32,000 nucleotides of DNA from an uncultured beta proteobacterium (GCA_963708695.1 CAVPTS010000018.1:16260-48259), one strand, 5' to 3'. Counted from the first letter of the stretch, positions 8,626-17,168 are shown. A program made the numbers and translations. Notes: a model not told the origin generated them from the sequence alone.

Positions 8626-9084
8626 CTACCGCCACTTGGAAAAATTCATGTATCGACCGAAGAGAATATCAATACGATTTTCCTTAAGCCACGTATTTGC
8701 TGCCTGAATTGCAAACCCGCGTCTCGGCCCGTCGGTCGAAGCGTTAACCGCATAGTAAGCGACTACATCCATAAACCCGGCAACTTCGCTCCCAAAAAGG
8801 AAGCGCGCTTCGACAGTCTTTTCTTTAAAGTCGCCTAGCGGACCAGAAAGCGCCTTTTCTCCTTGGCTTATTAGAGCGAGCATGTCAGTGGTTGCCTTAT
8901 AGACCTTGTAACGTTTGTCGAACAGGTCGAGATTAAGCTTTCCTCGCGCAATTTTATATTGCCTATAAGCAATCACGACCGCGACGAACGCCACTACGAC
9001 GGTGCACGCACCATTGATCGCAGTGAGCACCAATGGATTGATACTCGCCGCTAAAAGTTCGAGTCCAGCCAAGCCTTCCCCCAT
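8626..9084 (-). CDS. Hypothetical membrane-anchored protein (N-terminal TM)
   Basis: 152-aa ORF and last gene of the - strand operon. The hydrophobic N-terminus is LVLTAINGACTVVVAFVAVVIAY. It overlaps the upstream gene by 34 nt. Confidence 0.55.
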   Translation of the reverse strand: MGEGLAGLELLAASINPLVLTAINGACTVVVAFVAVVIAYRQYKIARGKLNLDLFDKRYKVYKATTDMLALISQGEKALSGPLGDFKEKTVEARFLFGSEVAGFMDVVAYYAVNASTDGPRRGFAIQAANTWLKENRIDILFGRYMNFSKWR

Positions 9085-9275
9085 TCCAGTCCACGCGCAT
9101 GAGCTGCCGCTTCAGTGTCGAAGCATCCGATATCACTGAAGTTGAAAATCTGCCCGTGATCTTCGTCCTCCCACGGACCACGCTCGACCTCGATCCAGGC
9201 ATGCCACAAGTGGTTCTTCCGTTCGGGCACCGACTCGATGTTCCATTCCCCGTGTTCGATTTTCATTGGTGACAC
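9051..9275 (-). CDS. Hypothetical small protein
   Basis: 74-aa ORF packed in the same-strand operon. I recognised no motif. Confidence 0.5.
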   Translation of the reverse strand: MSPMKIEHGEWNIESVPERKNHLWHAWIEVERGPWEDEDHGQIFNFSDIGCFDTEAAAHARGLEWGKAWLDSNF

Positions 9276-9348
9276 TCCACCGGTTGCTCACCCCTTCAGC
9301 AGCATCGAGCAACATCAATAGATGCCTCTGTGGCAGACCGTTAGTTGC

Positions 9349-9543
9349 TCAAATGATCTCACCCGACAGGGGATCGGGAACAAGATTCGCGCCGTTGAAG
9401 TAGCCGTTATGCAGCACGTTTCCATCGAACCACTGACAGTCGTAACAGTTGTTGTCGCGCACCGTGTGGATGACCATACGCGGGCCGCGAGTCTTGAGGC
9501 GAACCTCGTCGCCAATTTTGTATTGAGAAGGCTGCTTAACCAT
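9349..9543 (-). CDS. DUF2158 (YodC-like) small protein
   Basis: YKIGDEVRLKTRGPRMVIHTV...CQWFDG matches the GDxVxLKSGGPxMTV...C.WF pattern of DUF2158. I chose the internal ATG at 9543, but the ORF is open to 9651. Confidence 0.7.
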   Translation of the reverse strand: MVKQPSQYKIGDEVRLKTRGPRMVIHTVRDNNCYDCQWFDGNVLHNGYFNGANLVPDPLSGEII

Positions 9544-9622
9544 AATGTGCTCAAGAAAATTAAAGGGAAATGCAGTTTGGCGCCCGTCAAAGCTGATGCA
9601 AGAAGGGTCGCTGGCGAGCGAC

Positions 9623-9889
9623 CTATGACTGCTGTCGGCCCGGTTGATCATAGGGTTGCCGAAGCCTCCAAATCCGAGCGCCCCGCTCCCAAACGATAGT
9701 GTCAGCCGTCAGCGAATTGAACGCCTTAAGGACCGACCGGTGAATCGCCATATTTCCGTTATCGTTGATGTAGGTCCACTCCCGCCCGAATTGTTCCATG
9801 ATCATGCTCACCGCAACCTCTTGGTCTAGCACGTGCCCGGAAACAACCCTCGCGGTCATGAATTCGGCGATTTCCGCAGCAGTTGTCAT
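9623..9889 (-). CDS. Hypothetical small protein
   Basis: 88-aa ORF whose ATG overlaps the stop of the upstream DUF2158 gene (ATGA at 9886-9889). Confidence 0.6.
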   Translation of the reverse strand: MTTAAEIAEFMTARVVSGHVLDQEVAVSMIMEQFGREWTYINDNGNMAIHRSVLKAFNSLTADTIVWERGARIWRLRQPYDQPGRQQS

Positions 9890-10083
9890 TTCGTCGTGGC
9901 CTCTTCGTCGTGGACCAAAGTCTGTTTGCTAAAGTTCGCCCGCTCGGCCTTCGCTCCTGCGAACCACCGGCACGCGACGGTGTTGGTGTCTTCATATAGT
10001 TCACTGACCGTCATCTTCGGGCCGCCCGACTTAAGTTTCACAATGTCACCAACCGCAAATTTCCCGTCTATTTTTCCTGCCAT
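9886..10083 (-). CDS. DUF2158 (YodC-like) small protein
   Basis: FAVGDIVKLKSGGPKMTVSELYEDTNTVACRWFAG is the canonical DUF2158 pattern. Confidence 0.8.
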   Translation of the reverse strand: MAGKIDGKFAVGDIVKLKSGGPKMTVSELYEDTNTVACRWFAGAKAERANFSKQTLVHDEEATTK

Positions 10084-10233
10084 GGTCTCCGCCTAGGGTA
10101 TGTGTCGCTTGGCGCTGGCGAATTGCCGCTCCTATTTGTCGACACGGGTGAGAATACTCGAATATTGGGGCACGCAACATTGGTAGCTAACAGCCGCAGC
10201 CGAAACAGACAGTTAGTTGCTTTTGTTCTTCTA

Positions 10234-10692
10234 TCAGACTGTGATATTTTTCCCAATCTTTCTGATGCTCACGCCGTCATCGGGATCAGTCGGCGGCGTA
10301 GCCTTGGAAGAGTTCGCCTTGTCTTTGGCGGCCCAGCAGTCAACCGTTTCAGCTTGAGCTTCATACATGGCTTGCATCGTTTCACGACGTCGCTTGGCTC
10401 GAGCACCAAGTGCGCTGAAAAACATAACGCCCGCTGCTAATGTAGCGGCTATGTCAACAATCGCAAGGCCAATCTCCTTTCGAGACGGAACACCAGAGCC
10501 TTCAACAAATTGGTTAAAGCTGTATAGCGTTAAAACGATCAGTAAGAGCGGCATTCCTAGCTCGAGCACCAATGACAAACTCACCCCGAGCCAAGACCGC
10601 AAAGTCTTTCGCCCGTCAGGGTTCATGTTTGCCAGCGCGATGAGTATCGTGATCGCGCCGACGATACCGGTTACTACCGGAGCCCACTGCAT
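10234..10692 (-). CDS. Hypothetical integral membrane protein (about 3 TM plus a charged tail)
   Basis: ATG at 10692 is preceded by GGAGG, while the ORF track extends to 10833 through the motif array. Hydrophobic segments are VVTGIVGAITILIALA, LSLVLELGMPLLLIVLTLY and IVDIAATLAAGVMFFSAL. Confidence 0.6.
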   Translation of the reverse strand: MQWAPVVTGIVGAITILIALANMNPDGRKTLRSWLGVSLSLVLELGMPLLLIVLTLYSFNQFVEGSGVPSRKEIGLAIVDIAATLAAGVMFFSALGARAKRRRETMQAMYEAQAETVDCWAAKDKANSSKATPPTDPDDGVSIRKIGKNITV

Positions 10693-10755
10693 AAAGCCTC
10701 CGCTTTTGCGAAGTTCGAATGGTCGGAGAATACCTGTTCCGAAAGGCTTTGCAAC

Positions 10756-10972
10756 ATAGGTCGCACAGACGCGACCTATTGGATCTCGAAGCACCCTACT
10801 TTTGCGACCTATCCTGCCGTCAATAGGTCGCACGGGTGCGGACTATTCGGGGGAAAACCATCTGCCGAGAGGGTGCGACCGGTCGATCTGTGGACAACTG
10901 CCTACGGTTAAAAGCGATAGGTCGCACCGCAGCGATCAGTTGGCTACGATTCCTCGCTCCGTTGCGACCTAT
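10756..10972. promoter_or_regulatory. Array of the 10-nt motif TGCGACCTAT / ATAGGTCGCA in alternating orientation
   Basis: Exact copies lie at 10756-10765 (rc), 10803-10812, 10823-10832 (rc), 10917-10926 (rc) and 10963-10972. A 9/10 copy lies at 10770-10779. Degenerate copies are near 10836-10848, 10874-10882 and 10987-10996. The array sits between the membrane-protein gene start and R2. Confidence 0.55.
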
Positions 10973-11125
10973 TTCTTCCGGCATCGTAGGTGCGATCTTT
11001 AGCAACCGGGCTTTTAACTCGGATGGCAGCCGAACGTTTCGGGGAACGCTCGCGTTAACCATTGGAGATCGGGCCTGCCAAGCGGTCCTTCATTTGCGCG
11101 ACTGGGACGTGTTCGGCACCGGGCA

Positions 11126-11189
11126 AACCTCCGTCGCAACCGGCCGAGGAAAATTCTTAAAAAGTGTCGGCGACGGCTCCCGTTTTGCC
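11126..11189 (+). repeat. Direct repeat copy R2
   Basis: The sequence aacctccgtcgcaaccggccgaggaaaattcttaaaaagtgtcggcgacggctcccgttttgcc aligns with R1 over its full length. Confidence 0.6.
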
Positions 11190-11465
11190 GTGCAGCGATG
11201 GCTTACGCGACGGCCCCTTGAGCAAATTGCTAAGCGCTCCATATCTATCCCCAGCCTTACTACCTATGGTATTTGTGTCGCACTGCCTGGCTCTGTCGAT
11301 ATTGCGATCGGCTGTGATGACGGTTTGAGTGCTTATGCGCAAAAGCGCGCGTCCGCCCCGACGACTTGCGAGCCATCGGCGAAATCGCAGCGATTCTGCT
11401 CCTTCCTCACTCTGAGCAGCTAAAATCATCGCCCCAATGACTGAATTTATAAAAAAGGAAACACA

Positions 11466-11648
11466 ATGGACGAAGTTGAATACTTTGGGCTCGCCGAGTT
11501 CGTCGTCGAGCTAGATGCGGCCAACTACGCGGAGCCGTCAGTAGACGCAATTCATATGCTTGGCAAGGAAATGATCGCCAACGGCATCACGGATGTCGCA
11601 AAGAAGTTGCGCGCTCTCAAAGCGGCGTTTGCTATCAAACCTGACTAG
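11466..11648 (+). CDS. Hypothetical small acidic protein
   Basis: 60-aa ORF with a purine-rich RBS (aaaaaggaaacacaATG). Confidence 0.5.
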   Translation: MDEVEYFGLAEFVVELDAANYAEPSVDAIHMLGKEMIANGITDVAKKLRALKAAFAIKPD

Positions 11649-11965
11649 CAGGGACCCAGTCGTTCGTCATGAGCGAAAGCCACAGCGCGGACGCTTCCTC
11701 TGCGTCATCTTCCCGGACGACCTTGTTTCCGACTCCACGTCGTCAGTTCACCGATAAATCCGCGTGGCGTCGCAGAAGTGCTTTGCCTTGAAGATTTATC
11801 CCTCTGGATTCGCTGACGCGTCGCCTTCGCGTCATCCTTCGGCGTAACTCTTCGACCACGGGTCGAATTACCACAAGCGACGGAGCACCGTCGACGATTG
11901 ATTGCATCCCCACCCCCACTTTCCCGCTGTATCCTGTCCCTCATCCCCTTCCGAGGAGCGCTCAC

Positions 11966-12367
11966 ATGGACGCTGCCACGACTGCCACGTTGATTGCGAT
12001 CTTGGGTGTGCTCTCGCTGCTTTTCGGGCACCATCTAAGGAATTTGGCACTGATTTTTTGGGATGTTCTCTTTCCTCGTCGGTATGGTGGTGGTTCAAGC
12101 AGTCCTCTCTCTCCACCCGACAAAATCTCGTCCCATAGCGAGGACTCGCTCTCTCCCGAGGATCGTGAACGTTTAGTAAGAGCTTCAAATCTGACGCGAA
12201 GGGAGGCTGCCGAGCGCCGCAGGTTTTGGATGCAGGCGTTCGTTACAGTGATTGTGCTGGTGGCGGCTATATACGTCTTGGTGTTCAAGCCTGACGCGGA
12301 AACTTCGCTCAAAGACTTTTGCTATACATCGGTCGGAGCGATCATCGGCTTTTGGTTGAAGGGTTAG
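11966..12367 (+). CDS. Small membrane protein, paralogue 1
   Basis: GAGGAG RBS. It has an N-terminal TM, and its C-terminal FWMQAFVTVIVLVAAIYVLV...GAIIGFWLKG parallels the next gene. Confidence 0.55.
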   Translation: MDAATTATLIAILGVLSLLFGHHLRNLALIFWDVLFPRRYGGGSSSPLSPPDKISSHSEDSLSPEDRERLVRASNLTRREAAERRRFWMQAFVTVIVLVAAIYVLVFKPDAETSLKDFCYTSVGAIIGFWLKG

Positions 12368-12462
12368 TCCTTCCTTCTCTGGCACTCCCCGCTGTATCCT
12401 TTCCCGCAACCCTTCGTCTCCGTTGTCCGACCTATCCTCCTAACTAACTATAGGGGTGTGTC

Positions 12463-12771
12463 ATGGAAGAGCTGCTCGGTCCCTACGCGGTTGCGGTCAT
12501 CTTGATGGCGCTCGGAGTGCTGGCTCTCCTTCTGGTCAGCCGATTTCGTTATATAAAAATAGGCGGAGGTGGAGGCGTGCTTGCTCCACAGGCTGCAGCG
12601 GCAAGGATAGATATTCCAGCGTGGTTTAGGCTGGCCATGCAAGCCCTGATCTCTCTCGTCGTGCTGGCTGTAGCTCTCTATGTAATCGTGAAGGCCGCCG
12701 ACGAAGGTAGTAAGAAGTGGGGTATTGGGGCCGCTGGAACCATCGTTGGTTTCTGGTTACGCGGGGTTTAG
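12463..12771 (+). CDS. Small membrane protein, paralogue 2
   Basis: N-terminal TM. FRLAMQALISLVVLAVALYVIV...GTIVGFWLRGV is paralogous to 11966-12367. Confidence 0.6.
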   Translation: MEELLGPYAVAVILMALGVLALLLVSRFRYIKIGGGGGVLAPQAAAARIDIPAWFRLAMQALISLVVLAVALYVIVKAADEGSKKWGIGAAGTIVGFWLRGV

Positions 12772-12773
12772 CC

Positions 12774-13028
12774 CTACCAGATCCCGAACTCTGTGCGCGG
12801 TAGGGTTACTGGCGCCTCGTAGATCCACTCCTTTCTGAAGCCGTCGAAATCCGCGGCCATCATCCAGTCCTCGGTGGAGTTCTCGCCGTGCAGGCCGAAC
12901 TTGTTTCTCAATACGGTGGCGAGCACGATCACGTCCTCATTGGTTTCTGTGTCGTAGCCGGTGTAATAGCGCTCGCCTAGCTCGAGGTAGCCTGAGTCGT
13001 GCAGCCGGATGGTTGTCATGTCTCTCAT
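12774..13028 (-). CDS. Hypothetical small protein
   Basis: 84-aa ORF with GGGAG upstream and no recognised motif. Confidence 0.45.
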   Translation of the reverse strand: MRDMTTIRLHDSGYLELGERYYTGYDTETNEDVIVLATVLRNKFGLHGENSTEDWMMAADFDGFRKEWIYEAPVTLPRTEFGIW

Positions 13029-13047
13029 GGCCTGTCCGCTCCCGTAT

Positions 13048-13236
13048 TTACTCCAGGTAGAACAGTGAGACTAGACAGACCGCCGAGTCGCTTGCATCGC
13101 GATTGACCGGTGCCATAACCCGATCGAAAATTGTTGCGCCAGCAACGTCGCAGACTGCCACCAGCACCAAGATAAGCCAGACAAACCGCACGATACCCTC
13201 TTCTTTCCAATGTTCCGTGAAGCGATTATGGCTCAC
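13048..13236 (-). CDS. Hypothetical small membrane protein
   Basis: 62-aa ORF with the hydrophobic core IVRFVWLILVLVAVCDVAG. Confidence 0.3.
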   Translation of the reverse strand: MSHNRFTEHWKEEGIVRFVWLILVLVAVCDVAGATIFDRVMAPVNRDASDSAVCLVSLFYLE

Positions 13237-13838
13237 CAGACATCTCCGTAGCCTGGGTGGCCGTCTGCCCGAAGCTGACCGGGATCGGATCGTCGAATGA
13301 GTCCTCGGGACTGTTGCGGTAGGGCAGCGTGTATAGCTTTCCCTCGTATGCCTTGTAGTCTCCGCCGTGTCCGACCATCAGTGCGAGTGCCGGCGGGGAG
13401 ACATCGAGCGACACGCGAGTCTCCAGGACCAGTAGCGGGAAGGTCCGGTTCTGTGGGTCGAATCGCCTCCTCGAACGTCGTCTCAGGGTCGAGCCACTCC
13501 TTGGCTTCCTCGGCCGTCAGCACCAGCGGCCGGCGGTCGTGGACGTCGAGCATGCCGGCGTTCGAGGCGTCCGTGACGATCACGAAGCCGTCACCATCGT
13601 GGCGCTCACCACCAGGCGGGATGGTTAAGAGGCTGACGAGGAACAGCGGCTTCCCATCGCCGGGCTAAATGAAGGAATATTCCGCCTACACGATGATCGT
13701 TAGCAGACAGCCGCAGTGTTTCACCTGAGCCGCGCTCTAGTCTGGGCAGAAGTTTACGGTCCTCGAAGTTCAAGGAAGCGGAATGCGAATCGCAGTTACG
13801 ACTGCCGCACAATACGAGACAGGACCTGAGCTGAGCAA
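13226..13838 (-). pseudogene. SOS-response-associated peptidase (SRAP/YedK family) remnant
   Basis: FVIVTDASNAGMLDVHDRRPLVLTAEEAKEWLD matches the SRAP C-terminal pattern (..T..AN....IHDRMP..L.....WL). The upstream frame reads LCGSRN... and ...ARRWEAAVP, reminiscent of the N-terminal MCGR and RWGLxP. The frames are broken and the central part is shortened. Confidence 0.55.
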
Positions 13839-13979
13839 CCACAGCTACTGGACGCTCGCATCGCGGGCAATGCGGTCGCCGAGTGCGGGGAATGGATAAA
13901 AGAAACCCATGGTTGCCGGGCGTTTTTCGATCAACCGCCTTGATCTCGAGCGGACCTGGTTTAATAAAGCCCCTGTGAT

Positions 13980-14438
13980 TCAGCCGTGTGTGTCGTTCGA
14001 GAGTTCACGTAGCAGTGTAGGTCCGCTTCGGGCCATCATCCAGTTCATCGCGAAGCGGAGGAAAAATTCATATCGAATGCCGAGCTGATCTCCCGTTTGC
14101 CGCAGCATCCAGAGCGCCTTCTTCTCTTTCGCTTGCATGAAGTCTTCGCTGCCCTTGAAGGGGCGCATGAACTTGCCGCGCTGGTAGTCGAGCGTCGTCA
14201 CCATGAAGTCCTGATACGCCTTCAGATAGCACTGCGCGAACAGATACGTCGCCTTTGTCGGGTGCATGCGCCGGTAGTCGAACCACTTGGTCGTGAGCAA
14301 CTCGGGCTCGCGCTTGAGGATCTTGCCGTCGATGTTTGCGATTGCCGCGACCTCACAGTGCAGAAACGACAGGTCATGCCCGTAAAAATCCCCAAACCAT
14401 TTTTGGAGCTTGGGTTCCGCGATGATCAGTTGGGTCAT
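13980..14438 (-). CDS. Hypothetical protein
   Basis: Intact 152-aa ORF with a GGAAAGG RBS. I did not recognise a family. Confidence 0.55.
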   Translation of the reverse strand: MTQLIIAEPKLQKWFGDFYGHDLSFLHCEVAAIANIDGKILKREPELLTTKWFDYRRMHPTKATYLFAQCYLKAYQDFMVTTLDYQRGKFMRPFKGSEDFMQAKEKKALWMLRQTGDQLGIRYEFFLRFAMNWMMARSGPTLLRELSNDTHG

Positions 14439-14620
14439 CCTTTCCGCCTCGTCAAATAACTAATACTTATATTTAAGGCTTAATACTTCTTAAAACTAAC
14501 GGGAACGCTGTGGGAGCCCAAGTCGCGGACCCGGGAACCCAAGTAGCGCATACAAATGTGGCATAGCGTTCCTCCAATCCGTCGCCTATGGTTTAGCTAC
14601 CAAAAAGGGAGACCCAAATC

Positions 14621-15094
14621 ATGAGCACACGTCTAGGAATCTTCCTTGCTCTTCTTGCCTGCTTTACCCTGAGCGTCGACGCTTTCGCCGCCGACATAGG
14701 TTGCGAGCAGCCGGCTTACGACGCTTCAGTAAAAGGCAATGGCTGCAACCCTTATGCTGGAACCGACCCAGGCGGCTCTGGAAAAGGCGGTGGCGGTGGC
14801 TCCATTTCCACTGCCGAGGGAATAGCTGAACAGAGATGCACTATGGCACAGCGTGCAGGGGTAGCTGGATGCAAATCGAAAGGTGGCACGACGGCGCAGA
14901 TCACATCCTGCGAGAGCAACGTAGATACCACCGAGGAACAATGCATTAAACATGTTAAGGCCACTTACGACCCCGCCCCCGCCACTGGCGAAGCGAGCGA
15001 CAACTCCATCACAGGAAATTCCAAAAACGCCAAGGCGAAGTCTTCCGGCGTTCACGTTGGGATACCGGCGTCTGCACTTAAGCACACCCAGTGA
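14621..15094 (+). CDS. Secreted Cys- and Gly-rich hypothetical protein
   Basis: GGGAG RBS. The signal-peptide-like N-terminus is MSTRLGIFLALLACFTLSVDAFA/AD. The protein has several Cys residues and a GGSGKGGGGGS tract. Confidence 0.6.
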   Translation: MSTRLGIFLALLACFTLSVDAFAADIGCEQPAYDASVKGNGCNPYAGTDPGGSGKGGGGGSISTAEGIAEQRCTMAQRAGVAGCKSKGGTTAQITSCESNVDTTEEQCIKHVKATYDPAPATGEASDNSITGNSKNAKAKSSGVHVGIPASALKHTQ

Positions 15095-15137
15095 CCGTTC
15101 ATAGCTGCGAGAGTTGCCTCTCGCAGCCGGTGTTTCC

Positions 15138-15605
15138 CTACGCGGCTTCCCGTTCGTATGACTCCAAAATCTCCTGGATCACGCCGTGCCGCACGACATC
15201 CTTCTTTTCGAACCGCACGTGGCCGATGGACGGAATCCACGTCACACGCTCGATGGCGTCGGTGAGACCGGACTTGCCGCGGGACATCGACCTGCCCCGT
15301 TTCCCCGTTGATGATCAGGCGCGAGCCCTCCCCGATGCTGGTCAGGAACATCTTCATCTGCTCGGGCGCGGTATTTTGCGCTTCGTCTAAAATTACGATC
15401 GCATTTTTAAACGTCCTCCCGCCCATGTAGGCTAGCGGTGCGCCCTTGATGTTGCCCATGCGCTTGTGATACTCGTAAGCGCCGGTGCCCAGGCGCTCGA
15501 CCATGACTTCTTCGAACGGCACTAGGTAGTGGCTGAACTTCTCTTCCATCCCGCCAGGCCATAGTCGATCCGCCCGTTACCGGCACAATGGACTTGTGCA
15601 TCTTT
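15138..15605 (-). pseudogene. PhoH-family ATPase remnant (5'-truncated and frameshifted)
   Basis: APLAYMGGRTFKNAIVILDEAQNTAPEQMKMFLTSIGEGSRLIINGETGQVD matches the conserved PhoH core. The C-terminal GKSGLTDAIERV...FEKKDVVRHGVIQEILESYE lies in a different frame. No Walker A region is present upstream. Confidence 0.75.
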
Positions 15606-15627
15606 TTGCATCTTCATGACGCCTCAA

Positions 15628-16067
15628 TGACTGACCGGCTGGTTGCGCGCCCGGAGGAACTTCGAGAGACCCTAATCGAGGGGTCCGGCAAGCGGACCGC
15701 GGCTTTGAAGAAGCTTCGCGAGTCGGTCGAGAAGCACCCACCCTGATCCGTCGCGAACTTGCTCCGCTTTAAAACCGACATGGACGTCGACGAGCTGATC
15801 ACCCTCAAATGGGCTAAGGCGAACGAACTGCGCATGACCAGCACGCTCTCGAAGATGGCGACCGATGTGCTGCGACTCGCGCCACGCCACCTGCGCACCC
15901 CGTATGTGTTCTGGCAGGAGCTCAACGATAGGATCGCGCCGCTTTTCGGTCTGTCTCTGGAGCTCGCTGAGATCTTCGATATGGAGTGGCCAGAACTGCG
16001 CCAAGCCTATCGGACGATCATCAAATTGGATCCAGAAATTGAGCGCCTGACCTGGCTCACAAACTGA
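15628..16067 (+). pseudogene. Family X, copy B (5'-truncated, in-frame stop, native C-terminus intact)
   Basis: 15759-16067 is closely paralogous to 7645-7853. The upstream segment MTDRLVARPEELRETL...LRESVEKHPP ends in TGA where copy A reads through. Confidence 0.6.
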
Positions 16068-16372
16068 TCAGACCCAATCTGAGTCAGATCGAATCCCTTG
16101 CGTCGTCGTTGCCGCAGACGTTGTTCACGAAAGCCTGGAGAGCATGCCGTTCAGCGGGCGACATAAACGAGCGCACGCGCGCACGAATGTCATCCAGTCT
16201 TTTGCCATGAAGGGTTCGTTGAGCAGGTTTCACCTGACAAACAGGCTGAATTGCCACTCGATACCCAAGGTCTGACTCGTCGTATCGGGGACTGTTTGCC
16301 GACGGCGTTTCGAGAACGCCGCAAGGGTCTCAATGGGCGAATTCATCGCGTATTTTATATGGAACGATCGTG

Positions 16373-16741
16373 CTATTCACTCTCGTTAATCCACTTGCGG
16401 TAGCGACGAAAAGCGCGAACAACGAAAATAATCACAAGAACAAACCATGTCACCAAGCCTTGGCAAATAGCATATAGTAATCCAAAGTAATAAATCTTCT
16501 GGAAAGAAGGCGGCAAATGCGGGTTGACTAGTATGCCGTGGGGGACTAAAAGGTCTCCACTGCGGATGGTCGAAACCAGCATGTAACCAAAGCCCAAGCA
16601 ACTAACAACACAAATAACTAGCATTTCAATGCTTCGAGCAACCGCTCTTGGAGAAAGCTCGACGGGTCGCGTCAGCGCCAATACAACGGCAACAATACTG
16701 GCGAGCGCACTGACTATTCCGATCCATTGGTCGAGCGTCAT
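16373..16741 (-). CDS. Hypothetical integral membrane protein (about 4 TM)
   Basis: 122-aa ORF with four hydrophobic segments. It lies between family X copy B and the ligase remnant, and this gene is absent at the equivalent point in segment 1. Confidence 0.6.
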   Translation of the reverse strand: MTLDQWIGIVSALASIVAVVLALTRPVELSPRAVARSIEMLVICVVSCLGFGYMLVSTIRSGDLLVPHGILVNPHLPPSFQKIYYFGLLYAICQGLVTWFVLVIIFVVRAFRRYRKWINESE

Positions 16742-16781
16742 TTCACGATCCCCGCGATTCCATTTCCTTCAATATCGATGA

Positions 16782-17168
16782 CTATCTTGGGCCGAAACCA
16801 AGTGCCGCAGTTCGACCATAACCGGCGTATTTGATCTTCTGCCATTCATGGGTGCGACCACGCTGGTAAAGCGAATCGAGTCGCTTCGCCACCATGCCTT
16901 CAAAGCCGTGAAGCTCGACTTGCTCAAATACCCATTCGCCTTCGCCGCCGATGCCGTTCGTGAAGACGAGCGACCCTGTGTCCTCAAAGTTGTCGGGAAG
17001 AAAGCCATTCCGCTGACGTAACGGCAGACCGCGCAGATCGCGAAACCCAATCGTCAGCATATCGAACATGTAGAGCCGCGCCAACAGCGCTCCTTGGACG
17101 CATGGAGGAAGGCCTGTTGAGCACTCTTTCGCCCACCTGGAATCGATGAGTCGCGCGGACAGTCTGCC
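16782..17168 (-). pseudogene. ATP-dependent DNA ligase fragment (C-terminal part only)
   Basis: ARLYMFDMLTIGFRDLRGLPL...FEGMVAKRLDSLYQRGRTHEWQKIK is paralogous to 7771-8180. No motif I (KxDG) region is present upstream. Confidence 0.7.

Larger units (their letters stand above)
334..11189 (+). mobile_element. Putative integrative element, segment 1 (R1 to R2), carrying a serine recombinase
   Basis: Bounded by same-orientation repeats R1 and R2. The recombinase operon lies about 0.8 kb inside the left boundary and a motif array lies just inside the right boundary. The cargo is accessory-type genes and pseudogenes. Confidence 0.45.

Noticed and set aside
10802-11423. ORFs 10802-11002 (+), 10820-11062 (-), 10836-11423 (+) and 11157-11429 (-)
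   Set aside because: They run through the 10-nt motif array and the R2 repeat. They have no RBS and no recognisable motif, and the repeated DNA motifs explain the open frames better than coding does.
11926-11941. CTGTAT half-site reminiscent of a LexA SOS box
   Set aside because: There is no matching ACAG half-site at the required 8-nt spacing in either copy.
12380-12395. Sigma-54-like TGGCAC followed by GCTG
   Set aside because: The GG-to-GC spacing is two nt shorter than the -24/-12 consensus. The paralogous upstream element at 11918-11950 lacks the TGGCAC.
16095-16345. Two short - strand ORFs (38 and 49 aa) that could be one frameshifted gene of about 88 aa
   Set aside because: Both are below any reasonable length threshold and have no motif or RBS support. 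I noted them only as possible debris between family X copy B and the membrane-protein gene.
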